Assembly (NCBI GenBank): GCA_963727895.1 | Contig: CAVSHT010000004.1 | Span: forward strand, 416,001 to 480,000 | Direction: 5' to 3' | Origin: an uncultured Methanosarcinaceae archaeon | Lineage (GTDB): Archaea > Halobacteriota > Methanosarcinia > Methanosarcinales > Methanosarcinaceae | Length of the DNA: 64,000 bases | Shown: positions 10,668-21,331 of the stretch, piece after piece | Numbering within the stretch: position 1 is the first letter of the stretch | How the letters are laid out: every line of letters begins with the position of its first letter | Notes under the pieces: model-generated | What the model was told of the DNA's origin: nothing | The model's database searches: none | What the model saw: the letters and a program-made list of their open reading frames with translations, nothing else | Made by a program: the position numbers and the translations under genes

Positions 10668-11867
10668 ATGGATAGAACTAATAACAGATGGTTTTACGTT
10701 GTTATCGGTATAGTATTATTTTTATTTTTAGGAATGCTTTATGCGTGGTCTTTATTTATTGCACCGCTTGAAAAGGACTTTGGATGGACTCGTGCTCAGA
10801 CATCTCTTATTTTCACAATTTCAATCATATTCTTCTGTTTAGGAGGGATGGCAGGAGGTTTTATCACTGGTAAAAAGTCTCCAAGCTTTACTACCTTGAT
10901 TTCAGCCGTTTTCCTATTGTGTGGCTTTGTTGCATCTTCAAAGATAAACAGTCTTACAGGCATTTATATAACATATGGTATCATAAGCGGCTTCGGCATT
11001 GGTCTTAGCTATAATGCGGTCATAAGCACAGTGACAAAGTGGTTTCCAGATAAAACAGGTGCAATTTCTGGCCTTCTTCTTATGGGGTTTGGTTTAGGAG
11101 GTATGCTACTTGGCTCCACTACAAATGAGCTCATCACAGCAATAGGCTGGCGTGAAACCTTTTTGTATCTAGGTATAGCCTTTGGAATAGTGGTTTTTAT
11201 AGGCTCTCGATTATTAGTGCTTCCACCTTCAAATTATGTTTTCCCAAAAGCTGTTGCCAAGGCAAAAGATGCTGATATTGTAGGTCTGGAAATAAATTCT
11301 TCTTCAATGATAAAAAGACCCACTTTTTGGATATTTCTGGTCTGGAGCATTCTATCAACTGCAATGGGTCTTGCTCTGATTGGACACGCAGCTCCTTTTG
11401 CAAGTGACCTTAAAGCCACAGCATCGCTAGCTGCCTTTGGAGTTGGTCTGATTTCGGTTTGCAATGGCTTAGGAAGGGTAGTTCTTGGGGCAGTTTGCGA
11501 TAGGATAGGTTTAAAAAAGACAATGACTATAATCAATGCAACTTATATCACAGCTATAGTGATATTAATCGCTGCAGCCGTTTCAAAGAACATTTCTCTT
11601 CTTCTTCTAGGATTTGCGCTTACAGGTCTTTCTTATGGTGGAGTTCCCACAATGAATACCGTTTTTGCAAGTGTCTTTTATGGGAAAAAATATTTTGCCC
11701 AGAATTTGGGGATAGTAAATACCAGCCTTATTGGTGCTGCACTTATTGGTCCTTATGTAGCTGGTACGCTCCGTACCGCTACAGGTTCATATTTATCAAC
11801 CCTCTATGCTATGGCCGTTCTCGCAGTCGTCGCCTTTATTGCAAACGTTCTTATCAAAAGGCCTTAA
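10668..11867 (+). CDS. MFS transporter, OFA (oxalate/formate antiporter)-like family
   Basis: Many hydrophobic helices; YAWSLF..PL..DFGW, KWFPDK.G..SG and NGLGR...G...DRIG motifs; ATG 10668 follows GGAAGGA (longer start 10617 possible). Confidence 0.88.
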   Translation: MDRTNNRWFYVVIGIVLFLFLGMLYAWSLFIAPLEKDFGWTRAQTSLIFTISIIFFCLGGMAGGFITGKKSPSFTTLISAVFLLCGFVASSKINSLTGIYITYGIISGFGIGLSYNAVISTVTKWFPDKTGAISGLLLMGFGLGGMLLGSTTNELITAIGWRETFLYLGIAFGIVVFIGSRLLVLPPSNYVFPKAVAKAKDADIVGLEINSSSMIKRPTFWIFLVWSILSTAMGLALIGHAAPFASDLKATASLAAFGVGLISVCNGLGRVVLGAVCDRIGLKKTMTIINATYITAIVILIAAAVSKNISLLLLGFALTGLSYGGVPTMNTVFASVFYGKKYFAQNLGIVNTSLIGAALIGPYVAGTLRTATGSYLSTLYAMAVLAVVAFIANVLIKRP

Positions 11868-12045
11868 TTTTATATAAAAAATGCAAAGTGGAAACTTATC
11901 GAAACCTTAGGTTTCGGTTTCCTCTTTATATGTATCTATTTATATTTAATTTATTTTTTAATTTATATTTTAAGATATTATTTTAATAGATGAGCTAGTT
12001 TTTTAAAATCTATAGTTCAATTAAAAATAAGCTCATAAAGAGTTA

Positions 12046-13308
12046 TCAATTGTTATCTTTTCTGACCGGCAGAGTCTGCCCTCCATGAGGCATAAGGTGA
12101 ATTTTTGCATCAGGATTTTCTGAGAGCACTTCAGATAAGGCATCTTCTACACTTGCCATCGGAGTAAAGAATGCATTTCTTGTTTGCTCGTCTGAAAGCT
12201 TTGAGACCAGATAAAGCTTAAATTTCTTTGAGGTTTTTGCAATGATTGCCGTTTTGTGCCCACCAAACTCAAAACATTTTTTGAAACGTTCAATTGCATC
12301 ATCAGGGCTCTGGCACTCTCTGTTCCAGCATTCATATACCTGATTTCCTATCCCTTCTGCACATTCGGCTACAAGGATAATGGAGCCTCCTTCTTTCACA
12401 GCCTGAGTTGCATTGTCAAGCGACTTATTTGCCTGGAAAAGATTGATATCTTTAGGGAAACCTCCACAGGAAACGATTACAGCATCTGCAGGTTCTACGG
12501 GCACTTTGTACATAGAGTCAACAGCTTTTACGCCTTGCCTATGCGCCCCTATAAAATCCCCTGCAACAGCCGCAACAATCTCTTTTTTGCTATCAAGAAC
12601 CACATTCAAGATAAAATCAAGACCGAGAATTTTTGCAGCTTCTTCCATATCCTGTCTGACAGGACCATCAACCCTTCCGGAAACAGCTTTTTCATCAATC
12701 ATCATTTTATGGTTTGTGATAACTGTTTCTCTCGAACTTACGCCGGGCAGAACTGACTTTGCTCCACCACTGTACCCTGCGTAGTAATGGAATTCGATGC
12801 TTCCGGTTCCTATGATAACATCGGAGTTGATTACTTCTTCAAAAACCTCAATTGGAGTTCCTCGAGATGTTATACCGATACGCCTGCACCTCTGAGTATC
12901 ATGCTGAATACACCTCCTTTTTTCGAAGATCTCATCTCCAACCAGTTTTCGGGATTCCTCTTCAGTCTGGTTTCTATGGAGTCCGAGAGCAAAGAAAATA
13001 GTGATGTTTTCGTCCTTTGCCCCTCCAAGATGAAGCTCTTCAAACAGAGGCAGGAGAAGCTTTGCAGTAGGAGTTGGCCGCGTAACATCGCTAACTATGA
13101 TTGCAATCTTCGAATCAGGGTTTACAAATTCAGAAAGCCTTCGACTGTTTATGGGTTTTTCAAGGGCTTTTTTAATTAGAGAAAACCCATCTTCCTTTTT
13201 CTCAGGTTCTGAAGGCAGAATAATACTGGATACATTTTTTTCCGGAATTTCAAACTCAATTCCAGAGCTTCCAAGAGCAAGTGATATTATTTTTGTATTT
13301 GCAGTCAT
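12046..13308 (-). CDS. larA: Nickel-pincer-dependent lactate racemase (LarA) family protein
   Basis: SDVTRPTP, ALGLHR, HYYAGYSGGAKSVLPG and GGFPKDINLFQA.K motifs. Confidence 0.9.
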   Translation of the reverse strand: MTANTKIISLALGSSGIEFEIPEKNVSSIILPSEPEKKEDGFSLIKKALEKPINSRRLSEFVNPDSKIAIIVSDVTRPTPTAKLLLPLFEELHLGGAKDENITIFFALGLHRNQTEEESRKLVGDEIFEKRRCIQHDTQRCRRIGITSRGTPIEVFEEVINSDVIIGTGSIEFHYYAGYSGGAKSVLPGVSSRETVITNHKMMIDEKAVSGRVDGPVRQDMEEAAKILGLDFILNVVLDSKKEIVAAVAGDFIGAHRQGVKAVDSMYKVPVEPADAVIVSCGGFPKDINLFQANKSLDNATQAVKEGGSIILVAECAEGIGNQVYECWNRECQSPDDAIERFKKCFEFGGHKTAIIAKTSKKFKLYLVSKLSDEQTRNAFFTPMASVEDALSEVLSENPDAKIHLMPHGGQTLPVRKDNN

Positions 13309-13451
13309 GTTTATGCCGACATTTTAATCCTGGGACTATTTTTCTTTATTTGTAAAATAATAAGAATAAACAAGTATAAAAAGAACTAGAAGGTGATTTT
13401 AAAGAAAAAGTAATAAAGGTAGTTAAAACCTTTTTCTTTGTATGTACTTCT

Positions 13452-14720
13452 TTATAGTTTTACAGGCAAGGTCCATCCACCATCTGGCATAATATGAATT
13501 TTAGCATCAGGATTTTCGGAAAGAACCTTTTCGAGAGCTTCATCTATGCTTTTTGCTGGAATAAAAAAAGCATTTTTACTTTCGGTCTCTGGAAGCTTCG
13601 ATACCAGATAAAGTTTGAATTCTTTTGCAGCCCTTCCAACGATAGCAGCTTTATGCCCGCCGAACTCAAAACAATTTTTGAAACGTTCAATCGCATCTTC
13701 AGGATCTCTGCATTCTCTGCTCCAGCATTCGTAGACTTTGTTTCCTATTCCTTCGGCACATTCGGCTACAAGGACAATGGAACCTCCTCTTTTTACAGCA
13801 GCGGTGGCGTTTTCAAGGGATTTAGTTGCCTGATAAAGGTTTATATCCTTTGGAAAACCCCCACAGGAAACAACTACAGCGTCTGCAGGTTCTACTGGAA
13901 TCTTATACATGGAATCGACATACTCTGTCCCTTTCCTGTGAGCTTCAATAAAATTCCCTGCAACGGCTGCAACTATCTCTTTTTTGTTGTTGATCACAAC
14001 ATTAAGGATAAAGTTAAGACCTGCAATTTTTGCAGCTTCTTCAATATTCTTTCTTGCCGGACTATCGACTCTACCTGAGAGAGGATCACCTTCAAAGAGC
14101 TTGCTATAAGAGCTATGGAATGAAAGAATGGATTTCTCAGAACTAACCCCAGGAAGAATAGACTTTCCTCCTCCTCCATATCCCGCATAATAGTGAAATT
14201 CCACAGTACCTGTGCTTATGATGACATCGGAATCAATGACTTCTTCAAAAATCTCAACTGGAGTCCCAAAGCTAGTCTCTCCAAGCAATTTACACCTATT
14301 TCTGTCATGCTGGATGCACCTTATTTTTTCGAATATCTCATCTCCTACAATCTGGCGGCATTCTTCTTCAGTCTGTAAACGGTGAAGTCCGAGGGCAAAA
14401 ACAATAGTAATATTCTTATTCTTTGCTCCTCCAAGATAAAGTTCTTCAAGCAGAAGAGGAAGAATTTTTGCAGTAGGAGTTGGCCGCGTAATATCACTTA
14501 CGATAATTGCAATTTTTGAATTGGGGTTTACAATCTCAGAAAGCTGTCGGCTCTTGATGGGATTTTGAAGCGCTTTTCTCATCAGAGAAGACCCTTCTTC
14601 CTTTATTTCCAATTCGGAAGGTAAGATGATGCTGGATATGTTTTTCTCAGGAATATTCAGCTCAGAAATCCCGCTTCCAAACGCTAATGGAATCGTTTTT
14701 ACATTCGTAGTCATGGTCAT
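13452..14720 (-). CDS. larA: Second LarA-family paralogue
   Basis: SDITRPTP, ALGLHR, HYYAGYGGGGKSILPG and GGFPKDINLYQATK motifs. Confidence 0.9.
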   Translation of the reverse strand: MTMTTNVKTIPLAFGSGISELNIPEKNISSIILPSELEIKEEGSSLMRKALQNPIKSRQLSEIVNPNSKIAIIVSDITRPTPTAKILPLLLEELYLGGAKNKNITIVFALGLHRLQTEEECRQIVGDEIFEKIRCIQHDRNRCKLLGETSFGTPVEIFEEVIDSDVIISTGTVEFHYYAGYGGGGKSILPGVSSEKSILSFHSSYSKLFEGDPLSGRVDSPARKNIEEAAKIAGLNFILNVVINNKKEIVAAVAGNFIEAHRKGTEYVDSMYKIPVEPADAVVVSCGGFPKDINLYQATKSLENATAAVKRGGSIVLVAECAEGIGNKVYECWSRECRDPEDAIERFKNCFEFGGHKAAIVGRAAKEFKLYLVSKLPETESKNAFFIPAKSIDEALEKVLSENPDAKIHIMPDGGWTLPVKL

Positions 14721-14791
14721 TTCGCTGTCATAGTATTAATTGTATAAAATCGTATAGGTAAACAATAAAGAATTCAATTATAAATATTTGT

Positions 14792-15607
14792 GGTTCCGTT
14801 GCAAAAAATCTTAGAATAAGCCTGTAAATCTATGAATAATGAATAAAAGTTAAAATATTCAAAAAGATATGTCAATATTATAGAACTATTCCAAATAATT
14901 GATTAATATATTTAGCTTCATTAAAGCCAGAGTAATTTAAGTTCTTGATTTGTCCTTTTTTAATCATATTCATAGCTTCAATTCCTTTTAAAGTTTTAAT
15001 GGCTGTATGAAAAGACTGAAATCCTAACATTGGATTAACTATTCGTTTAATGGATCTATGATCCTGTTCTATAATGTTATTCAAATATTTGATTTGTCGA
15101 ATGCCTACGTTTATAGGTAGTATTTTATCATTTTTCAGTTTATCTATAGCAGGTGGATAAGCTGGATTTTTGTCAACTGTGATTACTCTTGGAATTTGAT
15201 TATGATTAGAGTTCAAAGCTTTCTTAAAGAAACGTTTTGCTGCTTTTTTATTTCGTTTTGCACTTAACATGAAATCAATTGTATCTCCATTTGAGTCAAC
15301 TGCTCGGTAAAAATATTTCCATTCACCTTTAACTCTGATATAAGTTTCATCAACTCTCCAAGAGTCGTTTGTTGGTCTTAAATGCCTTCTGACCTTCTTT
15401 TCGATTTCAGGTGAATATTGATGTACCCATCTCATAATGGTTGTATGGTTGACTATTATCCCTCTTTCTGCCATCATTTCCTTTAAACTTCTATAACTAA
15501 GTGGGTATTTTAAGTACCATCTAACATTCAATAAAATAATTTCACCAACAAAGTGCTTCCATTTAAAGGAATTAGATAGCATATCACTATCTTTGATTTC
15601 ATTTTTT
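14792..15607 (-). mobile_element. IS6 element, near-identical to 9192-10048, inverted; 5' IR lost at the IS1 junction
   Basis: IR at 14792; ORF 14878-15612 nearly identical to 9258-9962; upstream end replaced by IS1. Confidence 0.92.
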
Positions 15608-16346
15608 GGCATTGTTAATTAAACATAGTTAACTCTTTATTTCTGTATTTCATCAATAGAATAACCGAGTACTTTAGCATTTCAAGACTTTTTTATAACA
15701 CTTTGTCTTTCTTCTCAATCTTGCTAGAAAATGCCTCAATATGCTGTTATATCCCTCAACTGTAAATGTTTCTGCTTTTGATTGAGTATGGATCTTTTTT
15801 GGAATAAACTCTGCATATGCTCTCCAGTGATCTGTCATTACTTCTCCAATCTCTTTTTTCTTCACTTTTTCCCAGAGTAGTTTTCCAGTTTCTGTTCCTC
15901 TGCTACCAAAAGAGCAATTGATGAACTTTTTCCCAACTCTATCAACAGCAATCCAGATCCAGCAATATTTTTTTTGTTACCGATGTAAGTGTGCATTTCA
16001 TCCATTTCAACAATAGATATCTCATTTTCACTTTTTAGGTCCTCTAACTCCTGACCAAATTTCTTTATCCATCTTTGGACAGAAACATGACTCACCCCTA
16101 AAAATCGTCCTATTGAACGAAAGCCCAATCCTTCAAGATAGAGTTGTAAAGCCTGTCTTTTTACAAAAGCGGAAAAAGCAGTTGATTTTAGCTCTACTGT
16201 ATAGTTATAGCCACAATCAGAGCATTTGTACCGTTGACGCCCGCCAACTATACCGTTCTTTTTGTGACTGGAACTATTGCATCTGGGGCAGTTCATGAAG
16301 AAATATACTTTCTAATAGTATATAACTATGTTTAAGTATCAAAGCC
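15608..16346 (-). mobile_element. IS1-family element (InsA/InsB with A8 frameshift site; extra 3' frameshift)
   Basis: Ends GGCATTGT.../...ATCAAAGCC; zinc finger CPRC...C..C plus HTH; MDEM, TDHW and VEGYNS motifs; no TSD. Confidence 0.92.
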
Positions 16347-16383
16347 AAAATTTAATATTCTGTAAATTTCCTTAATCTATTTC

Positions 16384-17067
16384 ATGTATAGTGGGTTGAA
16401 GAGAGATGTAATAAGACTTCAAAATATACTGGTTTCGCGCGCAACTGGTCGTATAGATCCCGATGAAAATAAGTTTCAAGAACTCAGAAAAAAAATAATT
16501 TTGCAAAAAGAATTTGATGACTATATCCCTGATTTTATTGTTAGTTGTAGGACTTTAGATCAATTCTGGTATTATATAAAACCTAAATTCAGTCATTATG
16601 ATGAGCGTCAAAAATATTTGCAGGATGAATTCAATCCTCTTTTAAGTTACATTGAGGAAAAGCAGCGTTCTAGAGCACAAGAACAGCTATTTGAATATGA
16701 TGTGGCTCTCTCTTTTGCAGGTGAAGAAAGAATATACGTTGAAAAAGTTGCTAAATACCTTAAAGATAATGGTGTCAAAGTTTTCTATGATAAGAATGAA
16801 GAGGAACAAGCAAAGCTATGGGGCGTGGATTTAACTGAATACTTATATAGAATTTATGCAAAGGAAGCTCTCTACTGTGTGATGTTCATATCAAAAAATT
16901 ACTCTGACAAAATATGGACTAGACATGAAAAAAGAAGTGCTTTAGAAAGAGTAATTAAAGAAAAACGAGAATATATATTGCCTGCGCGTTCTGATGATAT
17001 AGAAATAGAAGGATTACCATCGACTCTTGGATATATTGACTTAAGAGTAAAAACACCTGAAGAGTAG
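16384..17067 (+). CDS. TIR domain protein with Abi-associated (AbiJ-NTD-like) N-terminal domain; last helix probably frameshifted
   Basis: LQNILVSRATG...CRTLDQFW.YIK...ERQ.YL..EF.PLL N-domain; YDVALSFAGE...VFYD...WTRHE TIR; shifted frame continues GKIILIKL. Confidence 0.8.
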   Translation: MYSGLKRDVIRLQNILVSRATGRIDPDENKFQELRKKIILQKEFDDYIPDFIVSCRTLDQFWYYIKPKFSHYDERQKYLQDEFNPLLSYIEEKQRSRAQEQLFEYDVALSFAGEERIYVEKVAKYLKDNGVKVFYDKNEEEQAKLWGVDLTEYLYRIYAKEALYCVMFISKNYSDKIWTRHEKRSALERVIKEKREYILPARSDDIEIEGLPSTLGYIDLRVKTPEE

Positions 17068-17225
17068 GGAAAATAATTCTAATAAAACTACGAAATCACA
17101 GTTAAAAACTCTAAGTAAAATAATGAAAGATGAAAAACTAGCTACTGACTATATAGATACAAAAGCACCATAAGAACACAAGTTTATAAAAGTTCTCTTG
17201 AGCTTAATTCAGCATCTTTTTTATA

Positions 17226-17337
17226 AATTCGTCCGCTTGAACGAGCAAAGCGAGTGAAACGGACAGCGCACTGCAGAGCCGCAACTCTGCCGAAAAGTGC
17301 ACCGTCCTCCCGAGACGGGACTCGGGCGATGGAAACG
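17226..17337 (-). repeat. Structured intergenic repeat, copy 1
   Basis: Contains the 24-mer CGTCCTCCCGAGACGGGACTCGGG shared with 19905-19928 and (reverse) 24077-24100. Confidence 0.85.
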
Positions 17338-17343
17338 CAGCTT

Positions 17344-18327
17344 TTAACTCTCATCGTGAGTTTCTCTACGTTCTTCTATGAAATTAAGGAGTTCCTGAGA
17401 ATCACTTATTTTGTCAAGTTCCTTTTTCTCGATCATAACCGTGTTTTCTACGGATTTTATTTTAGAGTGTCCATTGATTATAAATACAGATTGGGTCTCT
17501 GTTATGCAGGAGATACTGCTCATCAAATGAGCCCTTTTGACCACGGTCGTATTGAATTCACTGACTCCTGTAAGGATAACTGAGGATTTATCCCGTGAAA
17601 TAGCCTTGAAAGGAGCCTGTAAAGTAGGAAGTACGTCATAACCAAGCATGGAAATGGTATTGAGGATCAAATCTTCCGGCAAGAGCGTACAGGTTTTTTT
17701 CTGGTTTTCAGCTTCGGATTCTGCCTTTTTCCGGGGTTTTCGGCTGCCACAGGATTTCAAGATATCAATAGGTTTTGCTAGTTCAACTCCAAAGATGTCT
17801 TCAAGCTGGATTACAACGTCTATCGATGCATCCATACCTTCTTCTTCATACTTGCTAATTGTTCTCCTTGAAACTCCTACCATTGAAGCAAGAGTACCAA
17901 GAGACATTGACTGATCCATCCGGGATTTTTTTAGAATTTCTCCTTCTATTGAGATATATAGCCCACCTGGAGCTGCTGATACCAGAGGAGGAACATTTTC
18001 AATAAAGTAGTCATAGAGAGTCTGCACGTTCAGGGCCAGAATATCATAACGCATATATACAACGCTATCTTCAAGCATCTGATCTCTGGTTTTTGCCCCC
18101 ACGACAATGGCAGAACCTCCAAGATATTCGGCCAGATACTTCATTTCCCTGGCAGTTTCTTCATTCAAGCCGTCAATATTAAATAAAACCTTGCAAAGTA
18201 ATAATGTTTCATTTTTCCGTGCTGCAACGTCAAAACTCCTCGGACGAATATTGCAGCGATCAGAAAGTGCAAAACCTGCACGTGCCAATACATCAATAAT
18301 TTGATGTATAAGAACTTCTTTTGTCAT
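17344..18327 (-). CDS. Conserved archaeal HTH (XRE-type) transcriptional regulator, COG1395-like
   Basis: RPRSFDVAAR, KVLFNIDGL, PGGLY and LASMVGVSRRTISKYEE motifs. Confidence 0.9.
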   Translation of the reverse strand: MTKEVLIHQIIDVLARAGFALSDRCNIRPRSFDVAARKNETLLLCKVLFNIDGLNEETAREMKYLAEYLGGSAIVVGAKTRDQMLEDSVVYMRYDILALNVQTLYDYFIENVPPLVSAAPGGLYISIEGEILKKSRMDQSMSLGTLASMVGVSRRTISKYEEEGMDASIDVVIQLEDIFGVELAKPIDILKSCGSRKPRKKAESEAENQKKTCTLLPEDLILNTISMLGYDVLPTLQAPFKAISRDKSSVILTGVSEFNTTVVKRAHLMSSISCITETQSVFIINGHSKIKSVENTVMIEKKELDKISDSQELLNFIEERRETHDES

Positions 18328-18477
18328 TCCAGTATTAATTTCTGTTTGAACATCTATATATATGTTTCTTCACTTTTGACAATCCAAAAGTGTAAAAATA
18401 CGTCGGAGAATAGCGAAAAATGTAATTATATGAAAATACATCTGGGAAATTAAAAAGCAATAACTGGAATCGAAAAA

Positions 18478-19764
18478 ATGATTATTGGAATCGATGATAC
18501 GGATTCAAACGAAGGAATGTGTACGACATATCTGGGAGCTCTGCTGCTGGAAGAACTTCAAGTCTATGGAAAAGTGAAAACTCTTCCACTCCTTATACGC
18601 CTTAATCCTACAATTCCCTACAAAACAAGAGGAAATGCTTCAGTAGCACTGAAACTCAAGACTAACTACCCAGAAAAAGTAATTGATCACGTTGTGTCCA
18701 GAATAGAAAAATTTGCACGTATGGAGTGCGAAAAAACCAATCCTGGCACGGTTTTTATCCTGGAAAATGATTACGAGAAACTCAAACCTATCCTTATGAG
18801 CTTTCTGGAAAAAGCAGTAAGGGATGTGATCGAAATAGAGGAGGCAAAAAACCTTATCTCAAAATATGGAATTTCCTCAAGAGGATTCAAAAACGGAAGG
18901 GGATTAATAGGTGCCCTTGCAGCTTGTGGAGCCATGCTTAACTCCGAAAAATGGGATCATACTTTCGAATACCTGGCATACCGTCAAAAGGAAAAATGGG
19001 GAACCCTTCGCGAGATTGAAAAAGGAAGCTTCTTTGAAGCTGACAGAGAGACTTATCCAGAAACCTGGGACACAGTGGATCTCAAAAATAGACTCATTGT
19101 TTGTGTACCTCATTCTGCCGATCCTGTGCTTTTCGGGATCAGAGGAAAAAATCCGGCAATAGTTACTAAAGCTGCATCCTTGATAAGCACTGAGCCTATT
19201 GAACGCTTTGCCATATACAAAACTAATCAGGGTACTGATATGCACCTGCTTTCTGCAGAAAGTCTTGCAGAAATAAAGGATATGCACTCTTACAAGCTAG
19301 AAGGCACAGTCTCAGCAATTCCAGAAACCATTAACGGAGGACATGTTATATTTTTCATCCAAGATCAGGAAGGAAACAAAATTGACTGTGCAGCCTTCGA
19401 ACCCACAAAGAACTTTCGGCTGCTTATAAGGAAACTGAGAACAGGAGATAGAGTTATACTATCTGGAAGTGTAAATTCCCAAACATTAAACATTGAAAAA
19501 ATAGAGATCAAAAATCTTGTAACTCTTTACAGAGAAGAAAACCCGGTATGTCCTACCTGTAGAAAACATATGAAATCATCAGGTCAATCCCAGGGCTTCC
19601 GCTGTAAAAAATGTGGAACCCAAGCCACCTCAAAAATAAGATCTGAAATAAAAAGAAACCTTACAGCAGGATTATATGAAGTCCCTCCCTGCGCCCGCAG
19701 ACATCTTGCAAAACCCCTAGTAAGAGAACAAAGATCTGATATAGAGATTCACCCTTCTCGCTAA
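18478..19764 (+). CDS. tiaS: tRNA(Ile2) 2-agmatinylcytidine synthetase
   Basis: IGIDDTDS..GMCTTY, RLNP.IPYKTRGN, GRGLIGALAA, TNQGTD.H, zinc ribbon, RRHLAKP. Confidence 0.95.
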   Translation: MIIGIDDTDSNEGMCTTYLGALLLEELQVYGKVKTLPLLIRLNPTIPYKTRGNASVALKLKTNYPEKVIDHVVSRIEKFARMECEKTNPGTVFILENDYEKLKPILMSFLEKAVRDVIEIEEAKNLISKYGISSRGFKNGRGLIGALAACGAMLNSEKWDHTFEYLAYRQKEKWGTLREIEKGSFFEADRETYPETWDTVDLKNRLIVCVPHSADPVLFGIRGKNPAIVTKAASLISTEPIERFAIYKTNQGTDMHLLSAESLAEIKDMHSYKLEGTVSAIPETINGGHVIFFIQDQEGNKIDCAAFEPTKNFRLLIRKLRTGDRVILSGSVNSQTLNIEKIEIKNLVTLYREENPVCPTCRKHMKSSGQSQGFRCKKCGTQATSKIRSEIKRNLTAGLYEVPPCARRHLAKPLVREQRSDIEIHPSR

Positions 19765-19807
19765 AGAAAATTCACGTGAGCAAAGAAAAAATGAAGCTTG
19801 TTTCCAA

Positions 19808-19952
19808 CTCAGAATTCGTATAAATTATGCATTTCAATGTTGGAAAACAATTCCTTTTACCCCTATTCAGCTCTCTTGAGCGAACAAAGTGAGCGAAAAG
19901 GGCACGTCCTCCCGAGACGGGACTCGGGTGATGGAACTCGGGTGACGGAACT
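19808..19952 (-). repeat. Structured intergenic repeat, copy 2
   Basis: Same 24-mer core plus GAGCGAA...GCGAAAAGGGC module. Confidence 0.85.
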
Positions 19953-19974
19953 ATAGAGAATGAATTAAGGAAGT

Positions 19975-20742
19975 TCAAATGGATGGTGCAGGAGGAGCAT
20001 ATCTTTTATGCTTGCTTCTCTCTATACGGCTCATAACTGAGTTCATCTGTTCTGCAGAAATCCCGAGAGTTTTCATAATAGTTTCGGGATCTTCTTTCTG
20101 TTCAAGCTTTTTGAGTACTTCGTCTACTTTTAAGTAAGAGATTCCAAGTTCAGCTTCATCTGTCTGACCTGCCCAAAGGCCTGCTGAGGGTTTTTTCGTG
20201 ATAAGAGTCTCCGGAACCCCAAGCATGCGTGAGAGTTCCCATACCTCGGTCTTGTAAAGCCCCCCAATAGGTTCGATATCAACGCCTCCATCTCCATATT
20301 TAGTGAAATAACCAAGCAAGAGCTCAGTTTTATTACCGGTTCCTATAACCATACGATTCATCTGGTTTGCGTGGAAATAGAGAAGAGACATTCTGATTCT
20401 TGCCTTCAGGTTACCCATAGTGAGTCTGTCTGCAGATTCTTTTTCCGGAACTGCAGACATGAAAACCGAAATAATTCCTGAAATATCAATAGTCTTAAAT
20501 TCGATTCCCAGCCAGTCTGCAAGAGCTTTTGCATCGTTGCTATCTTCAGAAAGAGTAAGCCCAGATTCCGGCATGTGAATTCCAAGCACTTTATCCCTTC
20601 CCAGAGCTTCTACTGTGAGAGTTGCGGCAAGGGCTGAGTCTACTCCTCCGCTTATACCTACAACAGCTCCATTTACACCTGCTTTAAGGGTTTCGTTCCT
20701 AATAAAATCAATAATTCTGTTCTTCGTGATTTCAAGGCTCAT
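19975..20742 (-). CDS. nadE: NH3-dependent NAD+ synthetase
   Basis: GISGGVDS, NLKARIRM, GYFTKYGDG and PSAGLW.GQTDE motifs; likely ATG at 20742. Confidence 0.95.
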   Translation of the reverse strand: MSLEITKNRIIDFIRNETLKAGVNGAVVGISGGVDSALAATLTVEALGRDKVLGIHMPESGLTLSEDSNDAKALADWLGIEFKTIDISGIISVFMSAVPEKESADRLTMGNLKARIRMSLLYFHANQMNRMVIGTGNKTELLLGYFTKYGDGGVDIEPIGGLYKTEVWELSRMLGVPETLITKKPSAGLWAGQTDEAELGISYLKVDEVLKKLEQKEDPETIMKTLGISAEQMNSVMSRIERSKHKRYAPPAPSI

Positions 20743-21331
20743 AATATCAGTTCCTAGGTACCCGTAAGGATATAATTCAAAATGACCTGAAAAACCTGAA
20801 TTCAGGATAGAATTCAAGATCATAAAGATAGGAAATTCAAAAGATATCAAGTTTAAGTGATTATTTTGAGGATTAAATAATTTTATACACAGAAGTTAGA
20901 GATATATAAATATTCAGAGGAAATACGGAGTTGTGGTAAACTTATTTAATAAATGGAAGATATAGGGAGTAAGATATGTCTGGTAATATAATATAAATAA
21001 ATAATTATTAAATACACTCTAACCAATAACGAATTATCAAATATGCCTTTAACCGACAAATTATTATCAGGACAATGCTACAGTTATAAAGGGGTTTCTT
21101 TGGATCGGAAAACTGAATAGAATATTCAAGGCGTAGCAGTTCCATTACAAACTCTCATGGATGAAAATCTACCTGATCAAAGGTATTGAAATAAAAAGAC
21201 ATCTAATATAGAAAACAGGTAGTTCCATAATATGTATTCCGGAAAAACCGGAAAGAGACGTTGCCTGTTTATGTTATGTAATTATTAAATAAAGGTTACA
21301 ATCAAAAAGACAACTATTTTCGGGATGATCT

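Noticed and set aside
12256..14378. Several long antisense ORFs over larA genes (likewise over cdc48, korA, hdrA, flaJ)
   Set aside because: Shadow frames of well-supported genes with no motifs.
17065..17076. Pyrrolysine readthrough of the TIR gene's TAG
   Set aside because: TAA follows two codons later; a 1-nt frameshift explains the missing helix.
17254..17583. 109-aa plus-strand ORF (also 19772-19978)
   Set aside because: Translations of the structured repeat and/or antisense to a real gene.
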